Shown piece after piece: positions 45,962 to 56,739 of a DNA stretch of 64,000 nucleotides. The position numbers were made by a program, and so were the translations under genes. Each line of letters begins with the position of its first letter. Within the stretch, counting starts at the first letter, position 1. The stretch covers positions 3,429-67,428 of the forward strand of contig JAVKTQ010000016.1 of the NCBI GenBank assembly GCA_031460455.1, in the 5' to 3' direction. Under the pieces are notes generated by a model that ran no database searches, had not been told where the DNA came from, and worked only from the letters and a program-made list of their open reading frames with translations. The stretch is from Sporomusaceae bacterium (GTDB lineage: Bacteria > Bacillota > Negativicutes > Sporomusales > UBA7701).

Positions 45962-47218
45962 ATGTTCCAAAAAACACTCCGCAAGCTGACCATCCTCAAT
46001 TCGCTCGTGTTTTTCCTCGTTCTGGCGTGGTTCGGCGGCTCGCTGTACGGTTTCGTGGCCTACCAGCTCTTCGACGAAGTGGATGACGCGATGCGCGACA
46101 GGCTTGAAGCCTTCCGCGTCGCCGGCGGCCGGCCGAGCATGGTTTTCAGCCGCCCAGTCGCCTTCGACCCGCGGATTTTTCTGTTTGTCCGCGACGCCAA
46201 CGGCCGGGTCGTCAATTTCTATCCGGTGGATAACATCGAGGCCGTAAAGGGGGTGGCGGCGGGGGCGAGGCCGGGCAAACCGCAGATGCAGCGGGCCGGC
46301 GACCATATCTACCGCTCCCGTTCCGTACCTTACCAGGGCGACGGGGAGCTGCTCGCGCGGCCGGAGGGGGCGTTCGCCGTGACAGACGTGGTGGCCGTGG
46401 CGATCGTCGACACGGAGACGGCGATGCTGCGGCGGCTGCTGGTGATCATTCTCACCGCTACGGCGGCCGGGATGCTGGCGGCGGTGGTGGCCGGCTATTT
46501 CCTGGCCGGGCGGGCCCTGGTGCCGGTGAGGTCGGCGTGGGAAAAACAGCAGCAGTTTGTGGCCGATGCCTCCCATGAGCTGCGGACGCCGCTGACGGTT
46601 ATCAAAACCAATGCCGAGCTGCTGCTCCGCTACCCTGATCGCACCGTCCGGGAGGAGAGCGTCCGCATCACCAACGTCGTCCGCGAGGCAAGCCGCATGA
46701 GCAGGCTGGTAGCCGCGCTGCTGACGCTCGCCAGGGCCGACGCCGGCCAGCCGGAGCTTGCGGCCGAAGAGGTGCGGCTCGGCGACCTTGTGGTCACCGC
46801 AGCCGAGCAGTTCCGGCCGCTGGCCGAGCAGAAGGGGGTGGCGCTCGGGGTGGCGGCCGAAGACGGCATGACGCTGTGCGCCGACCGGGAGCGTATCCAG
46901 CAGCTGTTAGTCATCCTGCTCGACAATGCCGTGAAGTACACTCCCGCGGGCGGCAGCGTGTCGGTGACCTGCCGCCGCCAGGCGGGGCAGGCCGTCCTGA
47001 CGGTCGCCGATACCGGCGTCGGGATAGCTCCCGGGGATGTGCCGCAAATCTTCGACCGTTTTTTCCGCGGCGACCGGGCCCGCTCGCGCGGCGAAGGCGG
47101 CGCCGGGCTGGGCCTGGCGATCGCCCGCTGGATCGTCGAAAGCCACGGCGGCAAGATAAAAGCCGAGAGCACGGTGGGCGCGGGGACGAAGATCAGCGTG
47201 ACGCTGCCGGTGAAGTGA
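45962..47218 (+). CDS. Sensor histidine kinase
   Basis: DASHELRTPL H-box, LLDNAVKY, DTGVG, FDRFFRGD, GAGLGL. Confidence 0.97.
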   Translation: MFQKTLRKLTILNSLVFFLVLAWFGGSLYGFVAYQLFDEVDDAMRDRLEAFRVAGGRPSMVFSRPVAFDPRIFLFVRDANGRVVNFYPVDNIEAVKGVAAGARPGKPQMQRAGDHIYRSRSVPYQGDGELLARPEGAFAVTDVVAVAIVDTETAMLRRLLVIILTATAAGMLAAVVAGYFLAGRALVPVRSAWEKQQQFVADASHELRTPLTVIKTNAELLLRYPDRTVREESVRITNVVREASRMSRLVAALLTLARADAGQPELAAEEVRLGDLVVTAAEQFRPLAEQKGVALGVAAEDGMTLCADRERIQQLLVILLDNAVKYTPAGGSVSVTCRRQAGQAVLTVADTGVGIAPGDVPQIFDRFFRGDRARSRGEGGAGLGLAIARWIVESHGGKIKAESTVGAGTKISVTLPVK

Positions 47219-47349
47219 GGGATAGAGGCGCCCGCGAGGGCGCCCCTTTCTATATTTTCCACCCCCCCTCTAAAGAAAAACTAAAACTGGTCGGTTAGAA
47301 TTGCCCTGTATCGTTTCGCGCCTTTTACATCAGCTAAAAACAGGGGGGA

Positions 47350-48633
47350 ATGGATATGCCGTCCCGACACACGAACCGATCCGCCGTCGCCCTGCTCGCC
47401 GCCGTTCTGCTGCTGAACGCGCCGGTGGCGCAGGCGGCTTCTCAGGAGCTGACCCTGAAGGACAGCATCGCCGCCGCCGTAAGCAATAACCCCGCCCTCA
47501 AGATTGCGGGCGCCGACAAGGACCGGGCCGCCTGGGGCGTGGACGAGGCCGCGGCTGGCCGCTGGCCGACGCTGTCGCTGGGCAGCACTTACAGCCGCCA
47601 GCCGGGCACGAGCTACGCTCCGTCCAGCGAAGGGGTGAACAACAGCCTGCGGCTCAACTGGCAGCTTTACAACGGCGGCCGCACCGAAGGGCTCGTCGAT
47701 CAGGCGAAGGAAGGGCTGAAAAGCGCCTCCCTCGGGGTTGCCAAGGCTGAGCAGCAGGTGCGGCTCGACGCGGCGGCCGCGTACTTCGCCGTGCTGCAGA
47801 ACGGCAACCTCGTGACCGTCAACGAAGAATCGGTCAAGAACCTGCAGCAGCATCTGAAAACCGCTCAGGCGAAATACAACGTCGGACTGGTGGCCAAGGC
47901 CGACATTCTCCGCTCGGAGGTCGAACTGGCCAACGCCGAGCAAAACCTCATCAAGAGCAAAAACAGCTACGAGCTTGCCCTGGCCAACCTGAAGAACGTG
48001 ATGAGCGTAGACCCGGCCAGCGAGATCGTCCTTACCGACGCGCTGAAGTACGAGAAGTACGACAAATCGCTTGAGGACAGCATCGCCATGGCGCGCGCGA
48101 AGCGGCCGGAGATTGCCCAGGCCGAAGCCGGCGTCAATATGGCGTCGAGCGGCGTAAAGGTGGCCGAGAGCGGCAACATTCCGTCCGTGACCTTCGGCGC
48201 GTCCAAAGGGTGGAGCGATTCCGCCCTGCCGGAAAGCGGCGGCGATTGGACGGTCAGCCTGGCAGCCAACTGGAACGTGTTCGACGCCGGGGTGACGAAG
48301 GCCAAGGTCCGGCAGGCCGACGCCGGCCTGAACAAGGCTAAAGAGCAGGCCCGCCAGACGGCCGACGCCGTCGAGCTTGAGGTCCGCCAGCAGTACCTGT
48401 CGATGCAGGAGGCCGAGAAGCGCCTCGAAACGACCGAGGTAGCGATCGCCAAGGCGGAAGAAGACCTCGGCATCGCCCGCGAGAAGTACGACGCCGGCGT
48501 AGGCACCAACATCGACGTTATCGACGCCCAACTGGCCCTGGCGCAGGCCCGGACGAACTACTACCAGGCGCTGTACGACTTCAACGTCAGCAAGGCGAAA
48601 CTGACCAAGGCCATCGGCCTGGCGGTCGAGTAG
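47350..48633 (+). CDS. tolC: TolC family outer-membrane efflux protein
   Basis: Signal peptide, duplicated OEP repeats (AYF.VL, Y..G....D.L..E/Q). Confidence 0.92.
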   Translation: MDMPSRHTNRSAVALLAAVLLLNAPVAQAASQELTLKDSIAAAVSNNPALKIAGADKDRAAWGVDEAAAGRWPTLSLGSTYSRQPGTSYAPSSEGVNNSLRLNWQLYNGGRTEGLVDQAKEGLKSASLGVAKAEQQVRLDAAAAYFAVLQNGNLVTVNEESVKNLQQHLKTAQAKYNVGLVAKADILRSEVELANAEQNLIKSKNSYELALANLKNVMSVDPASEIVLTDALKYEKYDKSLEDSIAMARAKRPEIAQAEAGVNMASSGVKVAESGNIPSVTFGASKGWSDSALPESGGDWTVSLAANWNVFDAGVTKAKVRQADAGLNKAKEQARQTADAVELEVRQQYLSMQEAEKRLETTEVAIAKAEEDLGIAREKYDAGVGTNIDVIDAQLALAQARTNYYQALYDFNVSKAKLTKAIGLAVE

Positions 48634-48658
48634 CGCAATATATAGCGGAGGTGCCGGA

Positions 48659-49732
48659 ATGAAGGCAATTTGGCAAAGAATCGTCAAACATAATAAATGG
48701 ATTCTCCTCGCCATCGTTCTGGCGGTCGCCGTCAAGGGCGGACTGGCCTGGCAGGCCAGCAGCAAGGCCAAGGCCGCTCCCAACGTCCAGACGGCGGCGG
48801 TGATCAGGGCCGACGTGACCTCGGTGGTGTCGGCCACCGGCACCATCAAGCCGGTGAACATGGTCGACGTAAGCTCGAAGATCACCGGCCTGATCAAGGA
48901 AACAAAGGTGCAGGAAAATGACGTCGTCAAGGCCGGCCAGGTGCTGGTCGTCCTCGACAGCAGCCGTCTACAGGCCCAGGTAACCCAGACCCGCGAGCGC
49001 CTGGCCAACGCCCAGGCCAATTTTGAACGCAACAGCCGCCTCAACAAGATCGGCGCCGTGTCCGACCAGCAGCTCGACGCCTCCCGCATGGAGTACAAGG
49101 TGGCCCAGGCCACTTATGACGAAGCCTCGTCCCAGCTCGACGACACCGTTATCCGCGCCCCGATTGACGGAGTGGTGATCGGCAAGCCCATCCCCGCCGG
49201 CCAGACGGTTGCCCAGGGCCTCTCCAACCCGATGGTTATCCTGACGGTGGCCGACCTGTCGAAGATGCAGATCGAGACCCAGGTGGACGAGAGCGACATC
49301 GGCAAGGTGACTGTCGGCCAAAAGGCGACCTTCACGGTCGACGCTTATCCGGGCAAGGTGTTCACCGGCGTGGTTTCGAGCGTTTCCCAGAAGGCCACGG
49401 TGCAGCAGAATGTCGTCTATTACGGGGTGATTATCGACGTCGACGCCGGCGACCGGGAGCTCAAGCCCACAATGACCGCCAGGGTGTCGGTCGGCGTCGG
49501 CGAGAGCAAAAATGCCCTCACCGTGCCCCTGTCGGCTATCAAAACCAACAAAAACCAACAGTATGTGGTCGTTATGAAAAACGGCCAGGCGACTAATGTC
49601 AATGTGACCACCGGCCTTACGAGCGAAGAGCGGGTGGAGATAACCGGCGGTCTGACCGACGGCGACCAGATCGTCGTCTCCCAGGCCAAGCCCCAGCAGC
49701 AACAGCAGCGGGGCGGCATGATGGTCCGCTGA
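48659..49732 (+). CDS. macA: MacA-type periplasmic adaptor subunit
   Basis: ATGTIKP...V.VSSKITG, lipoyl-like halves, IRAPIDGVV, VDESDIGKV. Confidence 0.92.
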   Translation: MKAIWQRIVKHNKWILLAIVLAVAVKGGLAWQASSKAKAAPNVQTAAVIRADVTSVVSATGTIKPVNMVDVSSKITGLIKETKVQENDVVKAGQVLVVLDSSRLQAQVTQTRERLANAQANFERNSRLNKIGAVSDQQLDASRMEYKVAQATYDEASSQLDDTVIRAPIDGVVIGKPIPAGQTVAQGLSNPMVILTVADLSKMQIETQVDESDIGKVTVGQKATFTVDAYPGKVFTGVVSSVSQKATVQQNVVYYGVIIDVDAGDRELKPTMTARVSVGVGESKNALTVPLSAIKTNKNQQYVVVMKNGQATNVNVTTGLTSEERVEITGGLTDGDQIVVSQAKPQQQQQRGGMMVR

Positions 49733-49749
49733 CCGAGGAGGTAATATAA

Positions 49750-50430
49750 TTGACGATAGCATTGTCGGATGTGAGAAAAACTTATCAGATGGGCGATACG
49801 ATAGTGAACGCCCTCGCCGGCGTCGACCTGGTTATCGGGGCGGGCGAATTCACCGCCATCATGGGCCCGTCCGGTTCGGGCAAGTCGACGATGATGAACA
49901 TTCTCGGCTGTCTCGACCGGCCGACCCACGGTTCGTATATGCTCGACGGCCAGGAGGTCGCCACCCTCGGCGACGACGATCTGGCCGTCACCCGCAACAA
50001 GAAGATCGGCTTCGTCTTCCAGAGCTTTAACCTGCTGCCCCGCATGGACGCTCACCAGAACGTCGCCCTGCCGCTCGTCTACGCCGGGGTTGCCAAGGCG
50101 GAGCGGAACGAACGGGCCGCCAAGGCACTCGCCATGGTCGGGCTGGAGGAGCGTATGCATCATCTGCCCAATGAGCTTTCGGGCGGCCAGCGCCAGCGGG
50201 TGGCCATCGCCCGCGCCCTGGTTAACGATCCGACGATCATCATGGCCGACGAGCCGACCGGCAACCTCGACACCAAGTCGGGCAACGAGGTTATGGAGAT
50301 TTTCCGCAGCCTCAACAGCCTCGGCCGCACCGTTATCCTCGTAACCCACGAGCCCGACATCGCCGAGAACGCGCGCCGCGTCGTGCATGTCCGCGACGGC
50401 CTGATCGTCCGCGACGACCGGAAGGAGTGA
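49750..50430 (+). CDS. MacB-type ABC ATPase
   Basis: GPSGSGKST, LSGGQRQR, MADEPTGNLD. Confidence 0.96.
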   Translation: MTIALSDVRKTYQMGDTIVNALAGVDLVIGAGEFTAIMGPSGSGKSTMMNILGCLDRPTHGSYMLDGQEVATLGDDDLAVTRNKKIGFVFQSFNLLPRMDAHQNVALPLVYAGVAKAERNERAAKALAMVGLEERMHHLPNELSGGQRQRVAIARALVNDPTIIMADEPTGNLDTKSGNEVMEIFRSLNSLGRTVILVTHEPDIAENARRVVHVRDGLIVRDDRKE

Positions 50431-51650
50431 GCGTCATGCTGAGAGAAAGCGTCGCCATCGCCTGGAGCGCACTGGTGGCCAACAAGCTGCGCTCCATCCT
50501 CACCATGCTCGGCATCATCATTGGCGTCGGCGCCGTCATCGCCATGATTTCCATCGGTCTCGGCGTGCGCGACAAGGTGCAGGACTCGATCGCCAGCCTG
50601 GGCAGCAACCTGATCATCGTCACCCCCGGCGCCTCGTCGGCCGGCGGCTCGCGGCAAGCGGCCGGTTCGGGCATCACCCTCACCTACAAGGATGCCCAGG
50701 CTCTCGCCCGTAACGTCGGCGGCGTCAACTACGTCGCCCCCAGCGTCAGCCGGGGTTACCAACTGGTCGCAGGCAACCAGAACTGGACGACGTCGGTGAC
50801 GGGCACAACTCCGGAATACCTGCCTGTCCGCAACCAGGAGGTGGCTAGCGGCGCGTTCTTCACCAGCCGCGACCTCGACACCAGGAGCCGGGTGGCGGTC
50901 ATCGGTCAGACGGTGGCGACAAACCTCTTCGGTGAAACCAACCCGGTCGGCCAGACTGTCAGGATCAATAAGTCGCCGTTCACCGTCATCGGCGTGCTGG
51001 CCAGCAAGGGACAGTCGATGGGCGGCGGCGACCAGGACGACACTGTCCTTGTCCCGCTGACGACCGCCCAAGAGCGGCTGCTGGGCGTGACCTACATCCA
51101 GGCGGTCAGCATCCAGGCCGCCAGCCCCGAGGTCATCGACCAGGTGCAGGCCGATATCACCGCACTGCTCAGGACCCGCCACGGGCTGCAGCCGGACGAA
51201 AGCGACGACTTCACCGTCCGCAATCTGGTGAGCGTCATGCAGACGGCCAGCGAGACGACCGGCACCATCACCCTGCTCCTCGGCAACATCGCCGCCATTT
51301 CGCTGCTGGTCGGCGGTATCGGCATCATGAATATCATGCTGGTGTCGGTGACGGAGCGGACGCGGGAGATCGGCATCCGCAAGGCCTTGGGGGCCAGGTA
51401 CCGCAACATCCTCCTCCAGTTCCTGGTGGAGGCGGTGAGCATCGGCGTGGTCGGCGGCATTGCCGGCATTATCCTCGGCGTCGGCGCGTCGTTCGGCATC
51501 TCGGCCGTCGCCGGCTGGAAGCCGGTAATCTCGACGGCGGCGATCGTCGTGTCGTTCGGATTTTCGGTGCTGATCGGCCTGTTCTTCGGCCTCTATCCGG
51601 CCCGCAAGGCCGCCCTGCTCGACCCTATCCAGGCGCTGAGATACGAATAG
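50427..51650 (+). CDS. macB: MacB-type ABC permease
   Basis: NKLRSILTMLGIIIG, SVTERTREIGIRKALGA, YPARKAA.LDP. Confidence 0.96.
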   Translation: MSVMLRESVAIAWSALVANKLRSILTMLGIIIGVGAVIAMISIGLGVRDKVQDSIASLGSNLIIVTPGASSAGGSRQAAGSGITLTYKDAQALARNVGGVNYVAPSVSRGYQLVAGNQNWTTSVTGTTPEYLPVRNQEVASGAFFTSRDLDTRSRVAVIGQTVATNLFGETNPVGQTVRINKSPFTVIGVLASKGQSMGGGDQDDTVLVPLTTAQERLLGVTYIQAVSIQAASPEVIDQVQADITALLRTRHGLQPDESDDFTVRNLVSVMQTASETTGTITLLLGNIAAISLLVGGIGIMNIMLVSVTERTREIGIRKALGARYRNILLQFLVEAVSIGVVGGIAGIILGVGASFGISAVAGWKPVISTAAIVVSFGFSVLIGLFFGLYPARKAALLDPIQALRYE

Positions 51651-51705
51651 ATATATAAAAAAAGACGCCAGCCCGCTTCGGGCTGGCGTCTTTTGCGTTA
51701 TTGCT

Positions 51706-54700
51706 TTACAGGTCTCTGGCCGCGGCTTTGCTTTCCCGCCGGCGGCGCTTGAATTCGGCGAGTTTCTGGGCGCCCCGCTCGACGATGACGAACAGCACCG
51801 GGATGAGGAAGATGCCGAACGCGGTGGCGGCGAACATGCCGCCGACGACCGCCGTACCCATGGCGTTGCGGGCGCCGGCGCCGGCGCCGCTGGCGATAGC
51901 CAGCGGGATGCAGCCGATGATGAAGGCGAGCGAGGTCATGACGATCGGCCGCAGCCTGATCTTGGCCGCTTCGATGGCCGCCGGGATGAAGGCCATCCCC
52001 TTATCAACCCTGACCTTGGCAAACTCGACGATCAGGATGGCGTTTTTGGACGCCAGGCCGATGAGCATGATCAGGGCGATCTGCATGTAGATGTTATTGT
52101 TGATGTGGTCGTTGAACAGGTGCCGGCCGTACTGGAAGAAGAAGGCGCCGAACACCCCGGTGGGCACGCACAGCAGGACGGCGAAGGGCACGGTCCAGCT
52201 CTCGTACAACGCCGCCAGGCATAGGAAGACGAACAGGATGGATAGTGCGAACATCAGCGGCGCTTTGCTGCCGGAGATTTTTTCCTCGCGGCTCTGGTCG
52301 GCCCATTCGAACGCGAATCCGGTCGGCAGGGTCTCTTTAGCGACCTGCTCTAGGGCTACGAGCGCTTGCCCCGAGCTGTAGCCGGGGGCGGGGTTGCCGC
52401 CGATCTGGATGGCGCGGTAGCTGTTGAAGCGTTTGATGAGCGACGGGGCGTTGACCGGTTTGGGCTTCAGCAGGTTGTTGAGCGGCACCATCGTGCCATT
52501 GCTGCTGCGGACATAGAAGAAGCGCAAGGCGTCGACGTCGCTCCTGAACTGCGGCTCCGCCTGCATGACGACCTTGTAGGAGCGGCCGAAGCGGTTGAAG
52601 TCGTTGACCTGCGAGCCGCCAAAGTACGCCTGGAGGGCGCTGAACACATCGCTGACCGGGACGCCGAGCTTCAGGGCCTTCTCGCGGTCGACCTCGAATT
52701 CGAAGCCGGGTGTGTTGCTGCTGAACGAGGAGTAGATCATGCCGATCTCGGGACGCTTGCGGGCGGCGGCGACGAATTCCTTCGAGACTTTATCCATCTC
52801 GTCGAGTGTCGTGCCGGCGCGGTCCTCGATCATCATCGTGAAACCGCCGGTGGTGCCGATGCCGGGCAGGGCCGGCGGGGCGAAGGCGAGGATGGTCGCC
52901 TCGGGTATGGCGGCGTTGTTCATGAAGATCTGCTGGATCTGGCTGCTAACCGATAGCTGCTTGGAGGGCCGCTCGTCCCAGTTGTCGAGCTTGGTGAAGA
53001 TGACGCCGACATTGGGCTTGCGACCGCCGCTGAGGAGGTCGAAGCCGGTGACGGCCATGGTTGTATCGACGCCGGGCTGGCCGTCGATGTTGGCGGCGAC
53101 TTTGTTGAGGATTTCGCGGGTGCGGTTCATATTGGACGCTTCCGGCAGGGAGACGCTGGTGATGACGAATCCCTGGTCCTCGTCGGGGACGAAGGACGAG
53201 GGCAGCACCCGGAAGAGGGCGCCGGTGAGAATGAGCAGCACGACAAGGAGCACGATGGCGAGCCGCGCCCTGGGGAAGAGCTTGGCGAGGAAGCCGCCGT
53301 AGCGCTCGACCATCCTGTCGAACCAGTCGTTGAATTTTTCGAGCACCATACCGATTTTGCCGCCATGGGCGTTAGGGTTATAAGGCTCGAGGAGCAGGGC
53401 GCACAGCGCCGGGGTTAGGGACAGGGCGACTATGGCCGACAATCCCATGGATACGGCGACGGTGAGGGCGAACTGCTTGTAGAGGACGCCCATTGTACCG
53501 CCGAGGAAGGCGACAGGAATGAAAACCGACGCCAGCACGAAGGCGATGGCGACAACCGGTCCCTGAACCTCGCTCATCGCCTTTACCGTGGCGTCGTGCG
53601 GGCTGAGGCCGTTGTAGCGCATATGGTGCTCGACCGCCTCGATGACGACGATGGCGTCGTCGACGACCAGGCCGATGGCCAGCACCATGGCAAACAGGGT
53701 GAGGGTGTTGATGGAGAAGCCGAGGAGGAGGAAAGCGCCGAAGGTGCCGATGAGCGATACCGGCACGGCAAGCATCGGTATGAGCGTCGCCCGCCAGCTC
53801 TTGAGGAAGATGAAGACGACGAGCAGCACGAGGGCGATCGCCTCGGCGAATGTCCAGGCCACCTCTTTCATCGATTCGCGCACATAGTTGGCGCTATCGA
53901 AGACGACCTTGTATTTCATGTCGTTGGGGAAGCGCTTTGCGGCTTCCTCAATGACGGCGATGCAGTTGGCGACCGTTTCGAGGGCGTTGGCATCGGGACT
54001 GAGCTGGACGGAAAAACCGGCCGTGGGCTGTCCGTCTGTATCGGAGAAAAAGCCGTAGTCCCGGGCGCCGAGCTCGACTTTGGCGACGTCGCCGATGCGG
54101 ATGAAGGAACCGTCGCTCTGGGAGCGGACGACGATGCGGGCGAATTCCTCGGGGTCGCTGAGACGTCCTTTGGCGCGCAGGCTGTACTGGTGCTCCTGGT
54201 TGGGGTTGGAGGGCAGTTGGCCGACAATACCGGCCGGGGCCTGGATATTCTGCTGCTTGATGGCGGTGGCGACGTCGGCGGATGTGACCTTGAGCTGAGC
54301 CATTTTGTCGGGCAGCAGCCAGATGCGCATCGCGAAGTCGGAGCCGAATTCGCTGACCTCGCCAACGCCCTTGACGCGTTTGAGGTCATCGACGAAGTTC
54401 AGGCTGCCGTAGTTTTTGAGGAAGATGCGGTCATATGTACCATTGGGCGAGTAAAGCGCGAAAATCAGCGCCCGGTCCTGGGAGGCCTTGAAGGTGGAAA
54501 CACCGGCCTGCTGGACGTCGGTGGGCAGGGCGGCGTTGGCCTGGGCGACGCGGTTCTGGGTCTGGACGGTCGCAATGTCGGCGTTCTTGCCGAGCTGGAA
54601 CTTGACGCTCAGCGAATAGTACGAGCCGTTGTCGGAGCTGGTGGACTGCATGGCGATCATGTCTTCCACGCCGTTGACCTGCTGCTCGATGACCTGGGCG

Positions 54701-54882
54701 ACCGTCTGCTCGATGACGTCGGCGTTGGCGCCGGCGTAGGACGTGCTGACGCTGACCTGCGGCGGCGTTATCTGCGGGTACTGGGCGATCGGCAGGTTGA
54801 AGGCGGCGATCAGGCCGCCGAGGGTTATGACGATCGACAGCACGATGGCGAAGATCGGCCGGTCGATAAAAAATTTGGCCAC
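51706..54882 (-). CDS. HAE1 family RND efflux permease (AcrB-like)
   Basis: FFIDRPIFAIV, AIGLVVDDAIVV.E, KNAIL, RLRPIVMTS. Confidence 0.97.
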   Translation of the reverse strand: MAKFFIDRPIFAIVLSIVITLGGLIAAFNLPIAQYPQITPPQVSVSTSYAGANADVIEQTVAQVIEQQVNGVEDMIAMQSTSSDNGSYYSLSVKFQLGKNADIATVQTQNRVAQANAALPTDVQQAGVSTFKASQDRALIFALYSPNGTYDRIFLKNYGSLNFVDDLKRVKGVGEVSEFGSDFAMRIWLLPDKMAQLKVTSADVATAIKQQNIQAPAGIVGQLPSNPNQEHQYSLRAKGRLSDPEEFARIVVRSQSDGSFIRIGDVAKVELGARDYGFFSDTDGQPTAGFSVQLSPDANALETVANCIAVIEEAAKRFPNDMKYKVVFDSANYVRESMKEVAWTFAEAIALVLLVVFIFLKSWRATLIPMLAVPVSLIGTFGAFLLLGFSINTLTLFAMVLAIGLVVDDAIVVIEAVEHHMRYNGLSPHDATVKAMSEVQGPVVAIAFVLASVFIPVAFLGGTMGVLYKQFALTVAVSMGLSAIVALSLTPALCALLLEPYNPNAHGGKIGMVLEKFNDWFDRMVERYGGFLAKLFPRARLAIVLLVVLLILTGALFRVLPSSFVPDEDQGFVITSVSLPEASNMNRTREILNKVAANIDGQPGVDTTMAVTGFDLLSGGRKPNVGVIFTKLDNWDERPSKQLSVSSQIQQIFMNNAAIPEATILAFAPPALPGIGTTGGFTMMIEDRAGTTLDEMDKVSKEFVAAARKRPEIGMIYSSFSSNTPGFEFEVDREKALKLGVPVSDVFSALQAYFGGSQVNDFNRFGRSYKVVMQAEPQFRSDVDALRFFYVRSSNGTMVPLNNLLKPKPVNAPSLIKRFNSYRAIQIGGNPAPGYSSGQALVALEQVAKETLPTGFAFEWADQSREEKISGSKAPLMFALSILFVFLCLAALYESWTVPFAVLLCVPTGVFGAFFFQYGRHLFNDHINNNIYMQIALIMLIGLASKNAILIVEFAKVRVDKGMAFIPAAIEAAKIRLRPIVMTSLAFIIGCIPLAIASGAGAGARNAMGTAVVGGMFAATAFGIFLIPVLFVIVERGAQKLAEFKRRRRESKAAARDL

Positions 54883-54892
54883 GGAGTACCTC

Positions 54893-56050
54893 CTATTGCT
54901 TCGCCGCTGGTTTGATGTCTTCCGGCGTAATCATCGTTATCTGCAGGGGCGTACCCGGCGGCGCCTTGGCGAAACCTTCGACGACCACCCGGTCGCCTTC
55001 CGCCAGGCCTTCTTCGACTATCCACATGATGCCGACCTTCGGACCCATCTTCACCGGGCGCGACTCGGCTTTGTCTTCCTTGCCGACGACGGTGATAAAG
55101 GTCTTGCCGAGCATCTCCTGCACGGCGCGTTCGGGCACGAGCAGCGCGCCGGAGCGCATTTCGCCCTGGGCGACGATGCGGGCGAACATGCCGGGGATAA
55201 GGATTTTCTGCGGGTTGGCGAACGACGCCTTGATGGTCAGAGTGCCGGTATCGGTGCTCAGGCCGCGGTCGATCTGCTCGATCTGGCCGGCAAGCGGGTA
55301 TTTGGAGCCGTCGCTGAGCAACAGGGCAAGGTTTTTGCCCCATTCGCCGGTGGCGCTGACCGCGCCGAGGCGGGTGAATTTCAGGTACTCGGTCTCGCTG
55401 AGGCTGAACTGGACGAAGACGGGGTCGACCGTCGAGATGGTTGCCAGGACGGTCGAGCCGGCGGATACATAGCTGCCGACGGCCGGGTCCTTGACGTCGA
55501 TGCGGCCGCTGAAGGGAGCCACGATGAGGGTATCGCTGAGGTCGTTGGCCGCCTGTTGGACGCGCGCCTGGTTGGCGGCGACAACGGCGGCGTGCTGAGC
55601 CTCGGCCGACAGTTGGGTGTCGAGGGCCTGCTTGGCGATCGCCTGCTGGGCAGCCAGCTTCTGGTAGCGGATGGTGTCGAGGCGGGAGTTGGCGAGCGTC
55701 GCCTCCGACTGGGCGAGAGTCGCCTGGGTGGTCAGCAGGGCTGTTTCGTATTGGCGGCGGTCAATCTGGAAAAGCGGCTGCCCCTCTGTGACGGTGGCGC
55801 CGCCGGTAACCATTTTGGCGATGATGTTGCCGGAAACCTTGGCCCGGATCTGCACCTCGTTCTTGGCGATCACCTGGCCGACATACTCGTATGTAACCGG
55901 GGTGTCCCGCTTGATAACCTGGGTCGCTTTGACGGCCACCGCCTGGGCCGGCCTCGCTTCCTTGCCGCCGCAGCCGGCGACCGTGGCCGCCACGAGCACG
56001 GCGGCTACCAGGCCGGCGTAGCTGCTGCGTTTGCTGAAAGTTCTGAGCAT
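54893..56050 (-). CDS. RND periplasmic adaptor (AcrA-like lipoprotein)
   Basis: Lipobox VAGC, IRAKVSG, IVAPFSGRI, LIPGMF. Confidence 0.95.
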   Translation of the reverse strand: MLRTFSKRSSYAGLVAAVLVAATVAGCGGKEARPAQAVAVKATQVIKRDTPVTYEYVGQVIAKNEVQIRAKVSGNIIAKMVTGGATVTEGQPLFQIDRRQYETALLTTQATLAQSEATLANSRLDTIRYQKLAAQQAIAKQALDTQLSAEAQHAAVVAANQARVQQAANDLSDTLIVAPFSGRIDVKDPAVGSYVSAGSTVLATISTVDPVFVQFSLSETEYLKFTRLGAVSATGEWGKNLALLLSDGSKYPLAGQIEQIDRGLSTDTGTLTIKASFANPQKILIPGMFARIVAQGEMRSGALLVPERAVQEMLGKTFITVVGKEDKAESRPVKMGPKVGIMWIVEEGLAEGDRVVVEGFAKAPPGTPLQITMITPEDIKPAAKQ

Positions 56051-56239
56051 GAATAATCCTCCTTATTTATAAGGGCTCTGGCATGTCTGCCAGTAGTTAT
56101 CGACTTTTGACAATGACTGTGATAAAATGTTGTTAAATATTAATAATAATTTATTGTTAATATGTGTTTACTATATATTACATATTACTGCTTATGTTAG
56201 TAGCTTGTCAACGTGAAATAACGGTGGGGAGGCGCTTTT

Positions 56240-56674
56240 ATGAACCGGACGGAAACCGCCGAACAACTTTTCGACCTGCTTTTCCTCCTCCGCAAGCGGC
56301 TGGTGCGTCATGCCGCCCAGCAGGTCAAGCACGAATTCAGCCCGATGCAGATGCATGTGCTGTTCACGCTGTGCGAACGGGACTGCTCCACAATGAGCGA
56401 ACTCGCCGGCGATGTGTTGATCGCCAAGCAGCAGCTGACGCCGATCGTGGACCGGCTGGTGGCGGCCGGGCTGGTGCTTAGAGAGCCCGATCCTTGCGAC
56501 CGCCGGGTGGTGAAGATCCGCCTTTCGCCGGCCGGGAAGAATTTCCTCGCCGAGAAAAGACTGGAGGCCATCGGCATTTTCGAAACGCGGATCGCCTGCC
56601 TCGACGAGCGCGACCTTACGCGGCTTAGCGATGCCCTCGGCCCGTTGCAGGAAGTCATCCGAAAGCTGCCCTAA
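56240..56674 (+). CDS. MarR family regulator, divergent from the RND operon
   Basis: ELA...I.K..LT..VDRLV..GLV.RE.DP.DRR. Confidence 0.95.
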   Translation: MNRTETAEQLFDLLFLLRKRLVRHAAQQVKHEFSPMQMHVLFTLCERDCSTMSELAGDVLIAKQQLTPIVDRLVAAGLVLREPDPCDRRVVKIRLSPAGKNFLAEKRLEAIGIFETRIACLDERDLTRLSDALGPLQEVIRKLP

Positions 56675-56739
56675 AAAACACGCCGGCCGCGCCGACTTGC
56701 TCGCGCGGCCGGTTCGCCTTACGGGCGCAAAAGCGCCCG

